This document shows positions 18,154-27,316 of a stretch of DNA of 64,000 bases, piece after piece. The notes beneath the pieces were generated by a model. The model ran no database searches. It was not told where the DNA came from and was given only the letters and a program-made list of their open reading frames with translations. Origin of the DNA: a virus; the IMG/VR virus record IMGVR_UViG_3300028840_003924, positions 32,001-96,000 of that record; one strand, given 5' to 3'. Position 1 is the first letter of the stretch; each line of letters opens with the position of its first letter. The position numbers and the translations under genes are program-made.

Positions 18154-19182
18154 ATGCGAGTAGATCACGATAGATTCATCGAATGGGCCGAAAGGCACTT
18201 TGACGGGGTCACTGAAAAAGGATACCAAGTCTGGGTGAATGATCCATGGTGGGAGAATGAATACGGTCTACCCGATAGAGATCGCAAATGTGGCATCAAC
18301 ACAGATAAGGGCTGCTTCAACACCTTCAAAAGCGAGCGACACGGGAACATCGTTGAATTTGTGATGTTCATCGAAGGTTGCGATTGGGAAACCGCTCTGG
18401 AGATTCTCGGTGACGAGAATCTCCAGAGCTTCAATGCCAAGGTCGCTGAATTTATCCAAGGGGAGGAAAAAAGGGAACAGGAGGAGAAGCCTCCGGTCAC
18501 CCTTCCTGAAGGTAGCTACCTAATCGAATCATTAAGTCTCAACAACCAACGACGCACCTGGGCTGAAAACTATCTGAAAAAGCGGAAGATTAAGCCCACG
18601 GGTTTGATGATAGCACTTAAGAGCAAATATAGGGATCGTATCGTTATTCCTTACTATGATAAAGAAGGAAAGCTCATCTACTTCAACACCAGATCACTCT
18701 CTGGGAAGGATAAGCTCAGGTACTGGGGACCGAAGAAAGAAGAGTTCGGTGTCGGAAAGACCGATGTGCTATGGATGGGTAAATGGCCACTACAAGGAGA
18801 GACCGTCTACTTGACCGAGGGCGAGTTTGACGCCATGAGCCTTATCCAATGCGGTTTCAACGCTGCTGCCTGTGGTGGAAAGATTCTCTCCGACACTCAA
18901 ACAGAAATGCTTGCACCCTATCGAATCGCCTTGGCCTTCGATGCTGACAAAGCGGGTGAGGACATCTACGAAATCTGGCAGAAGTTGAACAATACAGAGT
19001 ACAAGAAGTTAGACAAGCGACGTAGGGTTACTATTATTCGCCCGCCCGAAGAATACAAAGATTGGAACAACTTTCTCGTCAAACACAAACCGGGACTCAT
19101 CCAGTGTTACATCGAAAGGTTTGAGGTTCCATGCAACGAAGATACGTTCACGACGAGAATGTACAAGACAAAGAAAATCTAG
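18154..19182 (+). CDS. DNA primase (TOPRIM)
   Basis: YLKKRKI, RIVIPYY..G.LIYFNTR, TEGEFDAMS, AFDADKAG, KDWN. Confidence 0.9.
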   Translation: MRVDHDRFIEWAERHFDGVTEKGYQVWVNDPWWENEYGLPDRDRKCGINTDKGCFNTFKSERHGNIVEFVMFIEGCDWETALEILGDENLQSFNAKVAEFIQGEEKREQEEKPPVTLPEGSYLIESLSLNNQRRTWAENYLKKRKIKPTGLMIALKSKYRDRIVIPYYDKEGKLIYFNTRSLSGKDKLRYWGPKKEEFGVGKTDVLWMGKWPLQGETVYLTEGEFDAMSLIQCGFNAAACGGKILSDTQTEMLAPYRIALAFDADKAGEDIYEIWQKLNNTEYKKLDKRRRVTIIRPPEEYKDWNNFLVKHKPGLIQCYIERFEVPCNEDTFTTRMYKTKKI

Positions 19183-19189
19183 GAGTCAC

Positions 19190-19600
19190 ATGTTATCAGA
19201 AGAGCTTACTGAAGAGCTACAATACTTTGTTGGAAAGGTTTGTACCGTCCTTACCGGACCAATGGCAATGCCGGTGGACGACAAGAGTCTTAGCACTTGG
19301 TTTACGATGCAAATCGATGGAGTTGACGGCGAGGCTATTGTCGGCACCGACATTCGACGTGGAACAAAACAAGTGTTCTTCCACCCAGTAATAGGCATCG
19401 TCGAAGAAGAGGTCCTCACAGAGAGTGATCCACGCTATGAAAAACTACAGGAGCAAGCGAAATCTGCTGTACTACAAAAACAGGCGCTACAGGCGGCGTC
19501 AGCAGAAGCCAAAACGGTACAAATAGATCAACTACAAGAACAAGCTGCGGCCATGAAAAGTAAGTGGTCGACAGCCCCAACAGAAAGAGAAAAGAAATGA
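19190..19600 (+). CDS. Hypothetical protein
   Basis: AGGAG RBS before ATG 19190. Confidence 0.7.
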   Translation: MLSEELTEELQYFVGKVCTVLTGPMAMPVDDKSLSTWFTMQIDGVDGEAIVGTDIRRGTKQVFFHPVIGIVEEEVLTESDPRYEKLQEQAKSAVLQKQALQAASAEAKTVQIDQLQEQAAAMKSKWSTAPTEREKK

Positions 19601-19968
19601 ACGACAAGAACATCATCGAAACCACTCTCATCCCGTTTAAGGTGAGTGACGATCTAAACGAAACCCTTTGTAGCATGCGTGCCGGAATCGAACAAGTCGT
19701 CCGTGAAGATGAAGTGCTTCACTACGACTACCTAACCATCAAAGGTCGCCAGTTGTTTGAATTACTCTTAGTCAACTGGGCCATTAGCGCCACGGCAGCG
19801 GATCAGTTAGAGATCAACAATCGTGAAACTCTGGCCGAATGTGAGGAGCTTCTCGACGACGCAAACGAGATATTCTGCGAGCAGCTAAAACAACAAGAGA
19901 AAGATGTCTATGCAAAGGCCCGTAATGACACGATCCGTTTCCTCGCACAAAATAACCGCTCACGATAG
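19597..19968 (+). CDS. Hypothetical protein
   Basis: ATGA overlap with the upstream gene. Confidence 0.65.
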   Translation: MNDKNIIETTLIPFKVSDDLNETLCSMRAGIEQVVREDEVLHYDYLTIKGRQLFELLLVNWAISATAADQLEINNRETLAECEELLDDANEIFCEQLKQQEKDVYAKARNDTIRFLAQNNRSR

Positions 19969-19977
19969 TGAAATATC

Positions 19978-20838
19978 ATGGATAGAGATACTTGCACCTT
20001 TTGCCTTGAAGGCCAGAAAGTCTACAAGGACCCGTACTCCTGGTCATGTGATGTCTGCGGAATGAACGGTAACGACGAGTTTCCGGTACTTGGTATTGAA
20101 GAGATTGCCACAACCGAAGAGTTGGAACTACCAAATTTCGCAGCACTACCCCCGCAAGGTATACCAGGGTCTTATGGCATCTTCGGATCGAGCAGTAAGC
20201 CAAAGAAGAAGAAGCTGAAAGCTAAATGGACACGGGAAGCTATGGAAGATATCCAACAGTTCCACAAGATCGATATGTCGAATGGGATGGATGGGTTCGT
20301 TTCGGGAGAATTTCCCAAAGAGGATACTAATTCGTTAGACCAAATGGCATCGGAAGATTTACCCACTATCACCCAGATACTATACCCAGGACCTCCACAC
20401 GGAAACAGCGGCCACCGGTATACCATGTACCAAACGAGCCACCGGATTAAACGAGGTACGCTTGCTGGTATAATCGCAAGGCGTGGCCACCCACTTGTGA
20501 TGCTTGGCCAGTTCATAGATGACCCCAAAGACCCGCTCGAATCGCTCTCGTTCACAAGTGATTGTGCAATGAGTGGGCGCATTTGGCATAGCTCTGGATT
20601 TATTGAAATCAACTGGGGGCACCGCCTGCCACCAATGCATTGTATCTCGGTCGACTATGCACGAGCGCAAGGTAAGAAAGCGTTTCACCCGCCCTATAAA
20701 TGGAAAGTCGAAACGACCGCTGGGTCATCGTGGGTCTTCTATACGACCAGCAGCGCTAAAGGCGATGCAATTATACACTTGATTCGAGCATTCAAGTTAT
20801 CGTCAGATAAGATCAAGAAGCTTCAGCGAGTAGTGTAG
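19978..20838 (+). CDS. Hypothetical protein with Zn ribbon and major-capsid-like segment
   Basis: CTFC...CDVCG. KKLKAKWTREAMEDIQQFHKID resembles the gp23 RxLKAxWxxExxQDLxxxHxxD motif. Confidence 0.5.
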   Translation: MDRDTCTFCLEGQKVYKDPYSWSCDVCGMNGNDEFPVLGIEEIATTEELELPNFAALPPQGIPGSYGIFGSSSKPKKKKLKAKWTREAMEDIQQFHKIDMSNGMDGFVSGEFPKEDTNSLDQMASEDLPTITQILYPGPPHGNSGHRYTMYQTSHRIKRGTLAGIIARRGHPLVMLGQFIDDPKDPLESLSFTSDCAMSGRIWHSSGFIEINWGHRLPPMHCISVDYARAQGKKAFHPPYKWKVETTAGSSWVFYTTSSAKGDAIIHLIRAFKLSSDKIKKLQRVV

Positions 20839-20846
20839 CCCCGCCA

Positions 20847-20879
20847 GCCACCACCCGCCGCAGTGCGGCGGGTGGTGGC
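20847..20879. terminator. 16-bp perfect inverted repeat between convergent genes
   Basis: GCCACCACCCGCCGCA-G-TGCGGCGGGTGGTGGC. Confidence 0.7.
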
Positions 20880-20911
20880 ACTTTGATCTGCCTGCACTAC
20901 CCTACACACCT

Positions 20912-21148
20912 TCACGCCGACTTTATGTAGTGCGGCAGTTTCTTGAGCGCCATAATGTGGGAATCAAATTCATGGTATGGGCTGTTCGGGTACTCAAAGA
21001 CAGCTTCGTTGAAAGCTTCTTCGTCTTTGTCGAGTACGTCGAAATAGAATATCTTACCTTTACGTCCAACGACTGTAAAGCCATGCATTCGCAGATAGGC
21101 TGCTACCCCAAGGTCTTCAATGCTTTTTCGTACTGTATTTTCACTCAT
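20912..21148 (-). CDS. Small DUF5659-like phage protein
   Basis: DLGVAAYLRMHGF...FYF pattern. Confidence 0.55.
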   Translation of the reverse strand: MSENTVRKSIEDLGVAAYLRMHGFTVVGRKGKIFYFDVLDKDEEAFNEAVFEYPNSPYHEFDSHIMALKKLPHYIKSA

Positions 21149-21318
21149 TCAGTTTTCTCCTTCTTGGATCGTTTCTTCTTCTCGTTGGCCAATCGCTCAC
21201 TCTCCAACGATATCGCTTTTTGGTAGACTTTGTAGAACTCATAATCCATAGTAGAACGTGTCTCCCACAGTTTCTCTAGCTCCTTAGCTTCTGCTAACAA
21301 CTTTTCATTGAAGTTCAT
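21145..21318 (-). CDS. Small helical protein (57 aa)
   Basis: Manual translation MNFNEKLLAEAKELEKLWE...KKEKTE. ATGA-coupled at both ends. Confidence 0.65.
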   Translation of the reverse strand: MNFNEKLLAEAKELEKLWETRSTMDYEFYKVYQKAISLESERLANEKKKRSKKEKTE

Positions 21319-23615
21319 ATATCTCTACCTCTAGGCGGTATGTAGTTATCATCAGCTAGTTTCACCAAGTGCGCCCTGACATACGGAATCTGCATGTCCC
21401 GAAAATAGTCACCAGGGAAGTGGTTCACAAGTCTGTTACATTGGAACTTAACCGGCGTTCCAATGAATCGGGCGTAGTTCCTATTGGTATAGTACCAGAA
21501 GCTGTTACTGTTCCAGAACGAATTTCCGCTCCACAAGACCCGCCCATTACGTCGGGTCATTACCACATGGTGTTCTGGCACTGTGATACAATATACTTTA
21601 CCTTTGTAATCCACCACCTCTTTCTTACGAGGCAAGTAACTTTCTTTTGATTTCGACACGCAGACTAAGTATATGTCATGCTTAGCCCGATAATCGGGAT
21701 TACAAGATACGGACTTCCCCATTCTATCTTCTTTACCAACTGTGGCACGATAACCGCACTTAACTGCCACCTCCTGCACATCTTTTGCCAACTGGGAGGA
21801 TGTAGTTGCGTATGTAGATGACTTTGCACCATTCTTAGTGCCATCACCTAATATCAACGTGGTCAAAAGCCGTTCCAATAAACTAGGATGAAGCTGTTTG
21901 ATTGAAACAGGGATATACTTCTCCCATGACTTACCCAATTTGGATAACCACAAGGCCAGGAACTTGTCGTTGAAATACCACCCATTCTCTGTGCGGCATG
22001 GTTTATATCCCATCTCCCTCAATGTCCGCCCAATAAGATCAAACTTCTCCTTGTTAGCCTTTTCAGATTGATGGACTTGAATGCGATAGAAGTTATATCG
22101 GCCACCTTCTTCGATACTACTATTGATAGAAACGCAACCTTCCGAAATGTACCACCCTAAGAAGTCTACAAATGACCCTATAGGTAACCTCACGGTGTCA
22201 TTTGCAAAACCGCCCTGCGGATTAGAATGCAAAGTGAGCCGGGACCCTGGTATTTCAAAGTACTCGGGATAATCGCCATCAAATTGAGCATTTGATGGAA
22301 TCCGCAAAGGACTGGCATACGTCAACGTTTCTGAAGCATCCATTCTCCGGAATCGTGTTGTTTCATCCGAACTTCCAACGATCATCCCGTGATTAGGGGT
22401 TACCAAGGCATCAATATGACGCCCTTTGTAGTGAATCATATCGCCATCATAGTCGTAAGAGTGTACATGTTCGGCGGGAAGCTCAACCACCCGATCAGTT
22501 TCCGGGTCGAGCACATGGAATAATTCCGTGCCATCTAGGTCTTGAAAGCGAACAAAACCTTTAGTTGTAAAGACTTCTGTTTGCTCATCATGACAACAAT
22601 GCGTCGGGTCCTGAAAAGCACCACGACCATCTGTACTAGGCACATCAATCAAGAACCAACCATTGGGTGCGAGGCATCGCCACGCCTCCTTCATCGTATG
22701 GATTGGGTTCTTGAGATGCTCAACAGCATCTTTCGCACGGAAGACGCCCACACTATTGTTCTCGAATGGCCAAGCGTAATCGAGATCGGCCTTGATTGTC
22801 GCCCCGGCACAATATTTGTCTACACCGATATATCCCGGTGGGGCACTCTCGCCACAACACAAGTCCACCTTCTTAAGACCTTCATCGTCACACCACTTAG
22901 CCACCATGGGTTCGATATACTGATCGTGTAATTCACGGGTAACGTGCTGAATCTTCTTATTCTTATCACCGTAGCAAGTGTTATCACCTACATTGTAGTT
23001 GTATAGCGGAACTGGTACCCGCACGCACTTCCCATGAATGTATGTGCGACAAAGAAGTTCGTGGTCATCCGCTACGTCATAATTGGAATTATGACCGCCG
23101 ATCCTGTCATAGAAACTCTTACGCCACGCACGAACATGATTTGGCGCAAACCAGATGTAGGAGAAAGCTAAGGGGTCAGGATCAAATGCACGAGTCACAA
23201 CTTGACCGCCCTGCATGTTGTACTTCCATCCGAATTTCTCGGAGAAAGGTCGAACTGTCTTGCCATCCCTCCATTCAAACCAATCTGAATAAGCGAAGTC
23301 TACACTTGGGTCTTCAAAGGCTTGCGATAACGCTTCTAGGCAGTTCGATTGGAGCCAATCATCATGATCAAGTTCAACCAGGACATCACCCGTAGCGTAA
23401 CCACAGGCGACCTTCTTAAGTTCGCCAATAGAGTCTGTGTCTTTGTCAAGGACATGCACCTTGATCTTTCCGGTACCTTCAACATTCTCAGACTTACCTT
23501 TACCATTTACCAATACAACCCATTCCCAATCCAAATAGGTTTGAGCCAACATACTCTCACGAGCCTTAGCTAATTTCCAAGGCTCGTGAGTCGGTGTGAT
23601 AACAGAAAACTTCAT
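21315..23615 (-). CDS. GT2 glycosyltransferase-class I methyltransferase fusion, intein-containing
   Basis: FSVITPT, ELDHDD (DxD), DDHEL. The methyltransferase part has VDLCCG, WPF..NSV, EHL..P...MKEAWRCLAPNG and AFQDPTH...SFWN. Confidence 0.9.
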   Translation of the reverse strand: MKFSVITPTHEPWKLAKARESMLAQTYLDWEWVVLVNGKGKSENVEGTGKIKVHVLDKDTDSIGELKKVACGYATGDVLVELDHDDWLQSNCLEALSQAFEDPSVDFAYSDWFEWRDGKTVRPFSEKFGWKYNMQGGQVVTRAFDPDPLAFSYIWFAPNHVRAWRKSFYDRIGGHNSNYDVADDHELLCRTYIHGKCVRVPVPLYNYNVGDNTCYGDKNKKIQHVTRELHDQYIEPMVAKWCDDEGLKKVDLCCGESAPPGYIGVDKYCAGATIKADLDYAWPFENNSVGVFRAKDAVEHLKNPIHTMKEAWRCLAPNGWFLIDVPSTDGRGAFQDPTHCCHDEQTEVFTTKGFVRFQDLDGTELFHVLDPETDRVVELPAEHVHSYDYDGDMIHYKGRHIDALVTPNHGMIVGSSDETTRFRRMDASETLTYASPLRIPSNAQFDGDYPEYFEIPGSRLTLHSNPQGGFANDTVRLPIGSFVDFLGWYISEGCVSINSSIEEGGRYNFYRIQVHQSEKANKEKFDLIGRTLREMGYKPCRTENGWYFNDKFLALWLSKLGKSWEKYIPVSIKQLHPSLLERLLTTLILGDGTKNGAKSSTYATTSSQLAKDVQEVAVKCGYRATVGKEDRMGKSVSCNPDYRAKHDIYLVCVSKSKESYLPRKKEVVDYKGKVYCITVPEHHVVMTRRNGRVLWSGNSFWNSNSFWYYTNRNYARFIGTPVKFQCNRLVNHFPGDYFRDMQIPYVRAHLVKLADDNYIPPRGRDI
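21522..22595 (-). mobile_element. LAGLIDADG intein (358 aa)
   Basis: DPTHC|CHDEQTEVFT...VTPNH...FLGWYISEG...LILGDG...TTSSQLAKDVQ...VYCITV...RRNGRVLWSGN|SFWN. Confidence 0.92.
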
Positions 23616-24290
23616 TCATTTACTCCGAAGATGGCATCGCTGCCACCATTTCTTTGGTTTCTTCTTTTCTTCTTCTAGCTGCTTTGCCAGTTCATCACTG
23701 GTCATAAAGCCGCACAGGACTTGGGAATCTGGTGTAACCCACTTGGCTACCGACTTCCTCCATCGCTGCCTTTCCTCTTCTCTGAGTTGTTCTGGCGTTT
23801 TCTCCTTCTCTTGAAAGAGTTTCTTGAACCAAGACCGCCACCTTTTCCATAGCTTTTTCTTGGGTTTTTGCTTTTCGGGCTTAGGTGGTGGTGGCCCAAC
23901 ACTCTTCAAGCCAGCCGTCCCGTACCTCTTGTACTGACTGTCAGCAAAGTGGTGTAGCTTGCTCTTCCGCTCCCGCTCGTAAGTCATAATGCCCTCTCGG
24001 ACGGGCCTTACGTGAAGCTTTCCACCATCGTCTTCCAAATCGTGCATGATTCTCGAAAGCAGTGGGTCCTTCATTGGTTTTTGTACTGGCAAACTTACCT
24101 GCACGTCCTTAATCTTGCGGGTCTTGCTGACGCTGATATCCAACCGAGGTTCAATATTTGGTACGCCATGCGTCCGCATCAGGTACCGTCGCATACGATT
24201 CTTCATGTGGGCCACGAGGGGAGTCGTAGCGATTTGGTCCTTGTACATCTTTGCAATTCGATTCAATCCGTTAATCATGTTAGAGTTCAT
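23616..24290 (-). CDS. Hypothetical basic protein
   Basis: 224-aa K/R-rich ORF with AGGAG RBS. Confidence 0.65.
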   Translation of the reverse strand: MNSNMINGLNRIAKMYKDQIATTPLVAHMKNRMRRYLMRTHGVPNIEPRLDISVSKTRKIKDVQVSLPVQKPMKDPLLSRIMHDLEDDGGKLHVRPVREGIMTYERERKSKLHHFADSQYKRYGTAGLKSVGPPPPKPEKQKPKKKLWKRWRSWFKKLFQEKEKTPEQLREEERQRWRKSVAKWVTPDSQVLCGFMTSDELAKQLEEEKKKPKKWWQRCHLRSK

Positions 24291-24300
24291 CTCTATCTCC

Positions 24301-25317
24301 TTATGGGGCTTCCGGGCCCTCAGCCGCTTCGGCTGCCACTAAGCAGCCTCTCACTACGGCGTAGAGATGATCACTTGGCCGTTTGATATCGCCAATCTCA
24401 CACGGAAAGCCAATCTCTTTGACCGTCTTCCGAACAAGCTTGTCGAAACCGGGTGGCGATGCGCAACCGCCTGCAAGGATTATGTCGATAGGATCATCAG
24501 TAGGAATCTTATCAGAGGTCTTTTCCAAACCCTGCTTGATACCTTTCATGGTCTTGCGGATCATGATCTGGTATTGTGTGATGATTGCTCGCTCGATCTC
24601 GTTCTTGGGTTGGGCAAGGAGGTCGATCTTCATCTTCTCCTTGTTAATCCGTGTCTCCGAAACAGCAGCAGCTTTTGCCGCTTGGCGATCAATCCAGTCA
24701 CCGCTGTTTACCAGGGAGAACTGAAAGACTGGGACTGCGTGATTAGCGAAGCAGAGATTGACCATCCCGGCACCAAAGCTAATCCCAATTCCGGTGAGGT
24801 CCTTGTGTTCGAGTTCCGCATAGACAAGTGCGAGACCCTCATTGATTGGATATGGGACGACTTTCTTGTTGTTGTATTCGTACTTCTCGAATATCTGCCT
24901 GAGAACCTCTCGGTGGTAATCGATGTCTGTCTCTTCGTTCAGAGCGTTTGCCGGAACGCTGTAACAGAGCACCTCCTCGTCACGCTCGATCTCACCGATA
25001 AGGCTGTGGATCATCGTAGCGAGGATATCGTAACCTTTCTTTTCTCTGGCATTTACACAACCCTCTTTCATGGGTCGTCGTAACTCTTTGTTACCCATTG
25101 TTTGGGCAATGCTCACAGCATTCTTTCCCACGGCATAAGCAACCCTATCACGCTCAATCAAAGCGACTTTCGCCCTCTTCATCATGTTGAATGTAAAGCG
25201 ATCTTCCAGAGGTATCTCGAAAAATGCATTCACTTCACCCACGATTTCAGGCTTATCATCTTTGCCCTTCTTAGCGCAAAACAAGTTGTATGTTCCGCAA
25301 TCAAAACCTAATGGCAT
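24301..25317 (-). CDS. Actin-fold ATPase (MreB/ParM/FtsA superfamily)
   Basis: Phosphate 1 LGFDCGT, connect 1 INEGLA, phosphate 2 GISFGAGMVN, SGDWID, adenosine IILAGG, final VRGCL. Confidence 0.85.
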   Translation of the reverse strand: MPLGFDCGTYNLFCAKKGKDDKPEIVGEVNAFFEIPLEDRFTFNMMKRAKVALIERDRVAYAVGKNAVSIAQTMGNKELRRPMKEGCVNAREKKGYDILATMIHSLIGEIERDEEVLCYSVPANALNEETDIDYHREVLRQIFEKYEYNNKKVVPYPINEGLALVYAELEHKDLTGIGISFGAGMVNLCFANHAVPVFQFSLVNSGDWIDRQAAKAAAVSETRINKEKMKIDLLAQPKNEIERAIITQYQIMIRKTMKGIKQGLEKTSDKIPTDDPIDIILAGGCASPPGFDKLVRKTVKEIGFPCEIGDIKRPSDHLYAVVRGCLVAAEAAEGPEAP

Positions 25318-25571
25318 CAGTCCTCCACTTTCTTTCCAAACTGTATTATCCCGTCAGGGTTAATGTCGGGAACGATGAGATCAACATCGTCATCGTCATC
25401 CTTAGTTAAGTACTCTTTCATGAGTTTCTTACTATGGGCGGGGCCAGCCTCTGTTGAAACTGATAGGCCCTCGCCATCCAACTTAATCGTCAGTATCAGA
25501 TTGACAGTGATTTCGCCCCCAGTTTGAACAACATGGGTTACTGTCTTCTCTGTTCCACTTCTACCCGACAT
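25317..25571 (-). CDS. Small protein upstream of the actin-like ATPase, acidic C-terminus
   Basis: Stop overlaps the ATPase start. Tail DDDDDVDLIVPDI...IQFGK. Confidence 0.65.
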   Translation of the reverse strand: MSGRSGTEKTVTHVVQTGGEITVNLILTIKLDGEGLSVSTEAGPAHSKKLMKEYLTKDDDDDVDLIVPDINPDGIIQFGKKVED

Positions 25572-26538
25572 GAGTACCCTCACACGGCCAAATTCTCATC
25601 ATTCTTTCTACCGCCTCAATAACTTCTTGAGGGGTTATTTCCGTAATGCACGGCTTTCTAGGGCCGTCAATCTTCCTAGGACACTTGTGCCACAAGTAAC
25701 ACGGTCCACAGTCCCAATCTCCATCGTCACGGTGCCGTTGTATGAGAATGAACTTCTCAAACCAGCGACCGTAAACCTTGCCGTCAGCCCACGAGAAAAT
25801 CGCTACCATCGGCTTCTTGAGACCGCCTGCCGCATGAAATGTGGCGGTGTCAACCGTCACTATATAGTCTGCTGCGTTAATAAATCCGAGGAAGTCAATA
25901 ACACTCTCCGCAGAAATTGTGGGAGCATCCACACCTTTCAACTCAGACTTATGTAAACATGCCACCGAACATCCTATCTTCCGCAACCCGGCAATGATCT
26001 CATTCGACTGCTTTTCATCCAGGTCTTTGCTAGGAATCGCCGATACGGGCGACAGTAGAACAATAGGTCCGCCCCCCAACGTCTCAAGATAGGCCCTACA
26101 AGCTCCCGTGACGCCCTCTGGGACGCTCAAATGCATATCATGGTATTCCAGGTCTATTCCACACCGATGAGCCCAGATGTCGCTCCTATGCTTATCTGCT
26201 AATGGTGCTACACGCCTCTCATGCTTCCCGCACGCCGTGCTCACGTTGTAACTAAGCATAAACTCGGACAATTCCACATATCTGGCGTCAATCACCTCAT
26301 CAATGTAAGGGTGATCTCTCACGGCATCGTGGTACTGAAGCGGACAAGCTAACACGATATAAGCGTCAGGCATGATCCGTTTGAAGTCCTCAAACATCAT
26401 CCGGAGCATGAGAATGTCGCCCAAACCACCAGTATCTCTAATCACCAGCACCCTATTTCGCTTGGCGTAGAACTCCTTTAGAGAGATATCTCTCGGTTTT
26501 AGGACCTCTGCAACCTTCAAACTCTGGATTCCCGACAT
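25561..26538 (-). CDS. GT9 (heptosyltransferase-family) glycosyltransferase
   Basis: GGLGDILM, HPYIDEVI, VTVDTATFHAAGGLKKP, C-terminal CGPC..C..C. Confidence 0.88.
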   Translation of the reverse strand: MSGIQSLKVAEVLKPRDISLKEFYAKRNRVLVIRDTGGLGDILMLRMMFEDFKRIMPDAYIVLACPLQYHDAVRDHPYIDEVIDARYVELSEFMLSYNVSTACGKHERRVAPLADKHRSDIWAHRCGIDLEYHDMHLSVPEGVTGACRAYLETLGGGPIVLLSPVSAIPSKDLDEKQSNEIIAGLRKIGCSVACLHKSELKGVDAPTISAESVIDFLGFINAADYIVTVDTATFHAAGGLKKPMVAIFSWADGKVYGRWFEKFILIQRHRDDGDWDCGPCYLWHKCPRKIDGPRKPCITEITPQEVIEAVERMMRIWPCEGTHVG

Positions 26539-26566
26539 GCTTAATTCGCCAATCTCTCATTTCTAT

Positions 26567-26595
26567 TAAAGTTTCCACCTCTCCGATTCCGATAC
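26567..26595 (+). promoter_or_regulatory. Sigma28-like promoter
   Basis: TAAAG-N16-TCCGATAC (the -35 reads TAAAGTTT) before ORF 26632. Confidence 0.5.
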
Positions 26596-26631
26596 AAGGA
26601 ATAGGGGACAACAGAGAAAAAGGAGCAGTTT

Positions 26632-27018
26632 ATGGCAAAAGCAGAGATTGTATTCGTTGCCTCGCCATTGCGAGCCGATATACCCGACGTTTCAGAAGAG
26701 GTGATGGCCGAGAATCAGGCTTTCGCACGAGACTTTTGCAGAAAACTATGGAAGAAGACTGGCGAGATACCAATCGCTCCACACCTCTATTTCCCGCAAT
26801 TTTATGACGACAGAATTGACGATGAGCGTGAGGCCGGAATTATCGGTGGCCAAGCGATGCTTACTCACATTTGCAAGAAGTTATACGTAGTTGGACCTCT
26901 TATCTCGGAGGGCATGCAATATGAGATTGACCTTGCCCAGAAACTAGAAATCCCGATAATCTATGTGGAGAGCCCCGATGAGTTTTTTACAGAAAAAAAC
27001 GGGGTCGGTTCTGAATGA
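26632..27018 (+). CDS. Nucleoside deoxyribosyltransferase-like (DUF4406-type) protein
   Basis: VFVASP, PIAPHLYFPQF, ISEGMQYEI..A...IPI. Confidence 0.75.
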   Translation: MAKAEIVFVASPLRADIPDVSEEVMAENQAFARDFCRKLWKKTGEIPIAPHLYFPQFYDDRIDDEREAGIIGGQAMLTHICKKLYVVGPLISEGMQYEIDLAQKLEIPIIYVESPDEFFTEKNGVGSE

Positions 27019-27316
27019 GGTGTACTTCCTGATATGCTTCCTCATAATCTTTGGAGTCGCCGCTCGTGACGTTTACTGGTCGGTTGCACTGCAAGAACAC
27101 CTGTATAACAATGAACTGAATCCGGTTGGCCGATGGCTGATTCAAATGGACAACGGCAGCGTGGCCCTTTTCATGTCGCTAAAAGCGTTTGGGATGTCAT
27201 GCGCAGCATCGCTGTTGACATATTTGCACCTATCGACTTGGCGTCTTACGAACATCGTCCTGACCATCATTGCAATAATTCAAATCTGTCTGCTCTGCTT
27301 CCTCGAACTGGGGTAG
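26963..27316 (+). CDS. Small membrane protein, DUF5658-like (start uncertain)
   Basis: TM helices with D..W...ELNPVGRWLI. Confidence 0.6.
   Translation: MWRAPMSFLQKKTGSVLNEVYFLICFLIIFGVAARDVYWSVALQEHLYNNELNPVGRWLIQMDNGSVALFMSLKAFGMSCAASLLTYLHLSTWRLTNIVLTIIAIIQICLLCFLELG

Noticed and set aside
27133-27316. Programmed frameshift joining the DUF5658-like gene to the downstream ORF
   Set aside because: The overlap and unclear start were noted, but no slippery sequence is visible at the junction.
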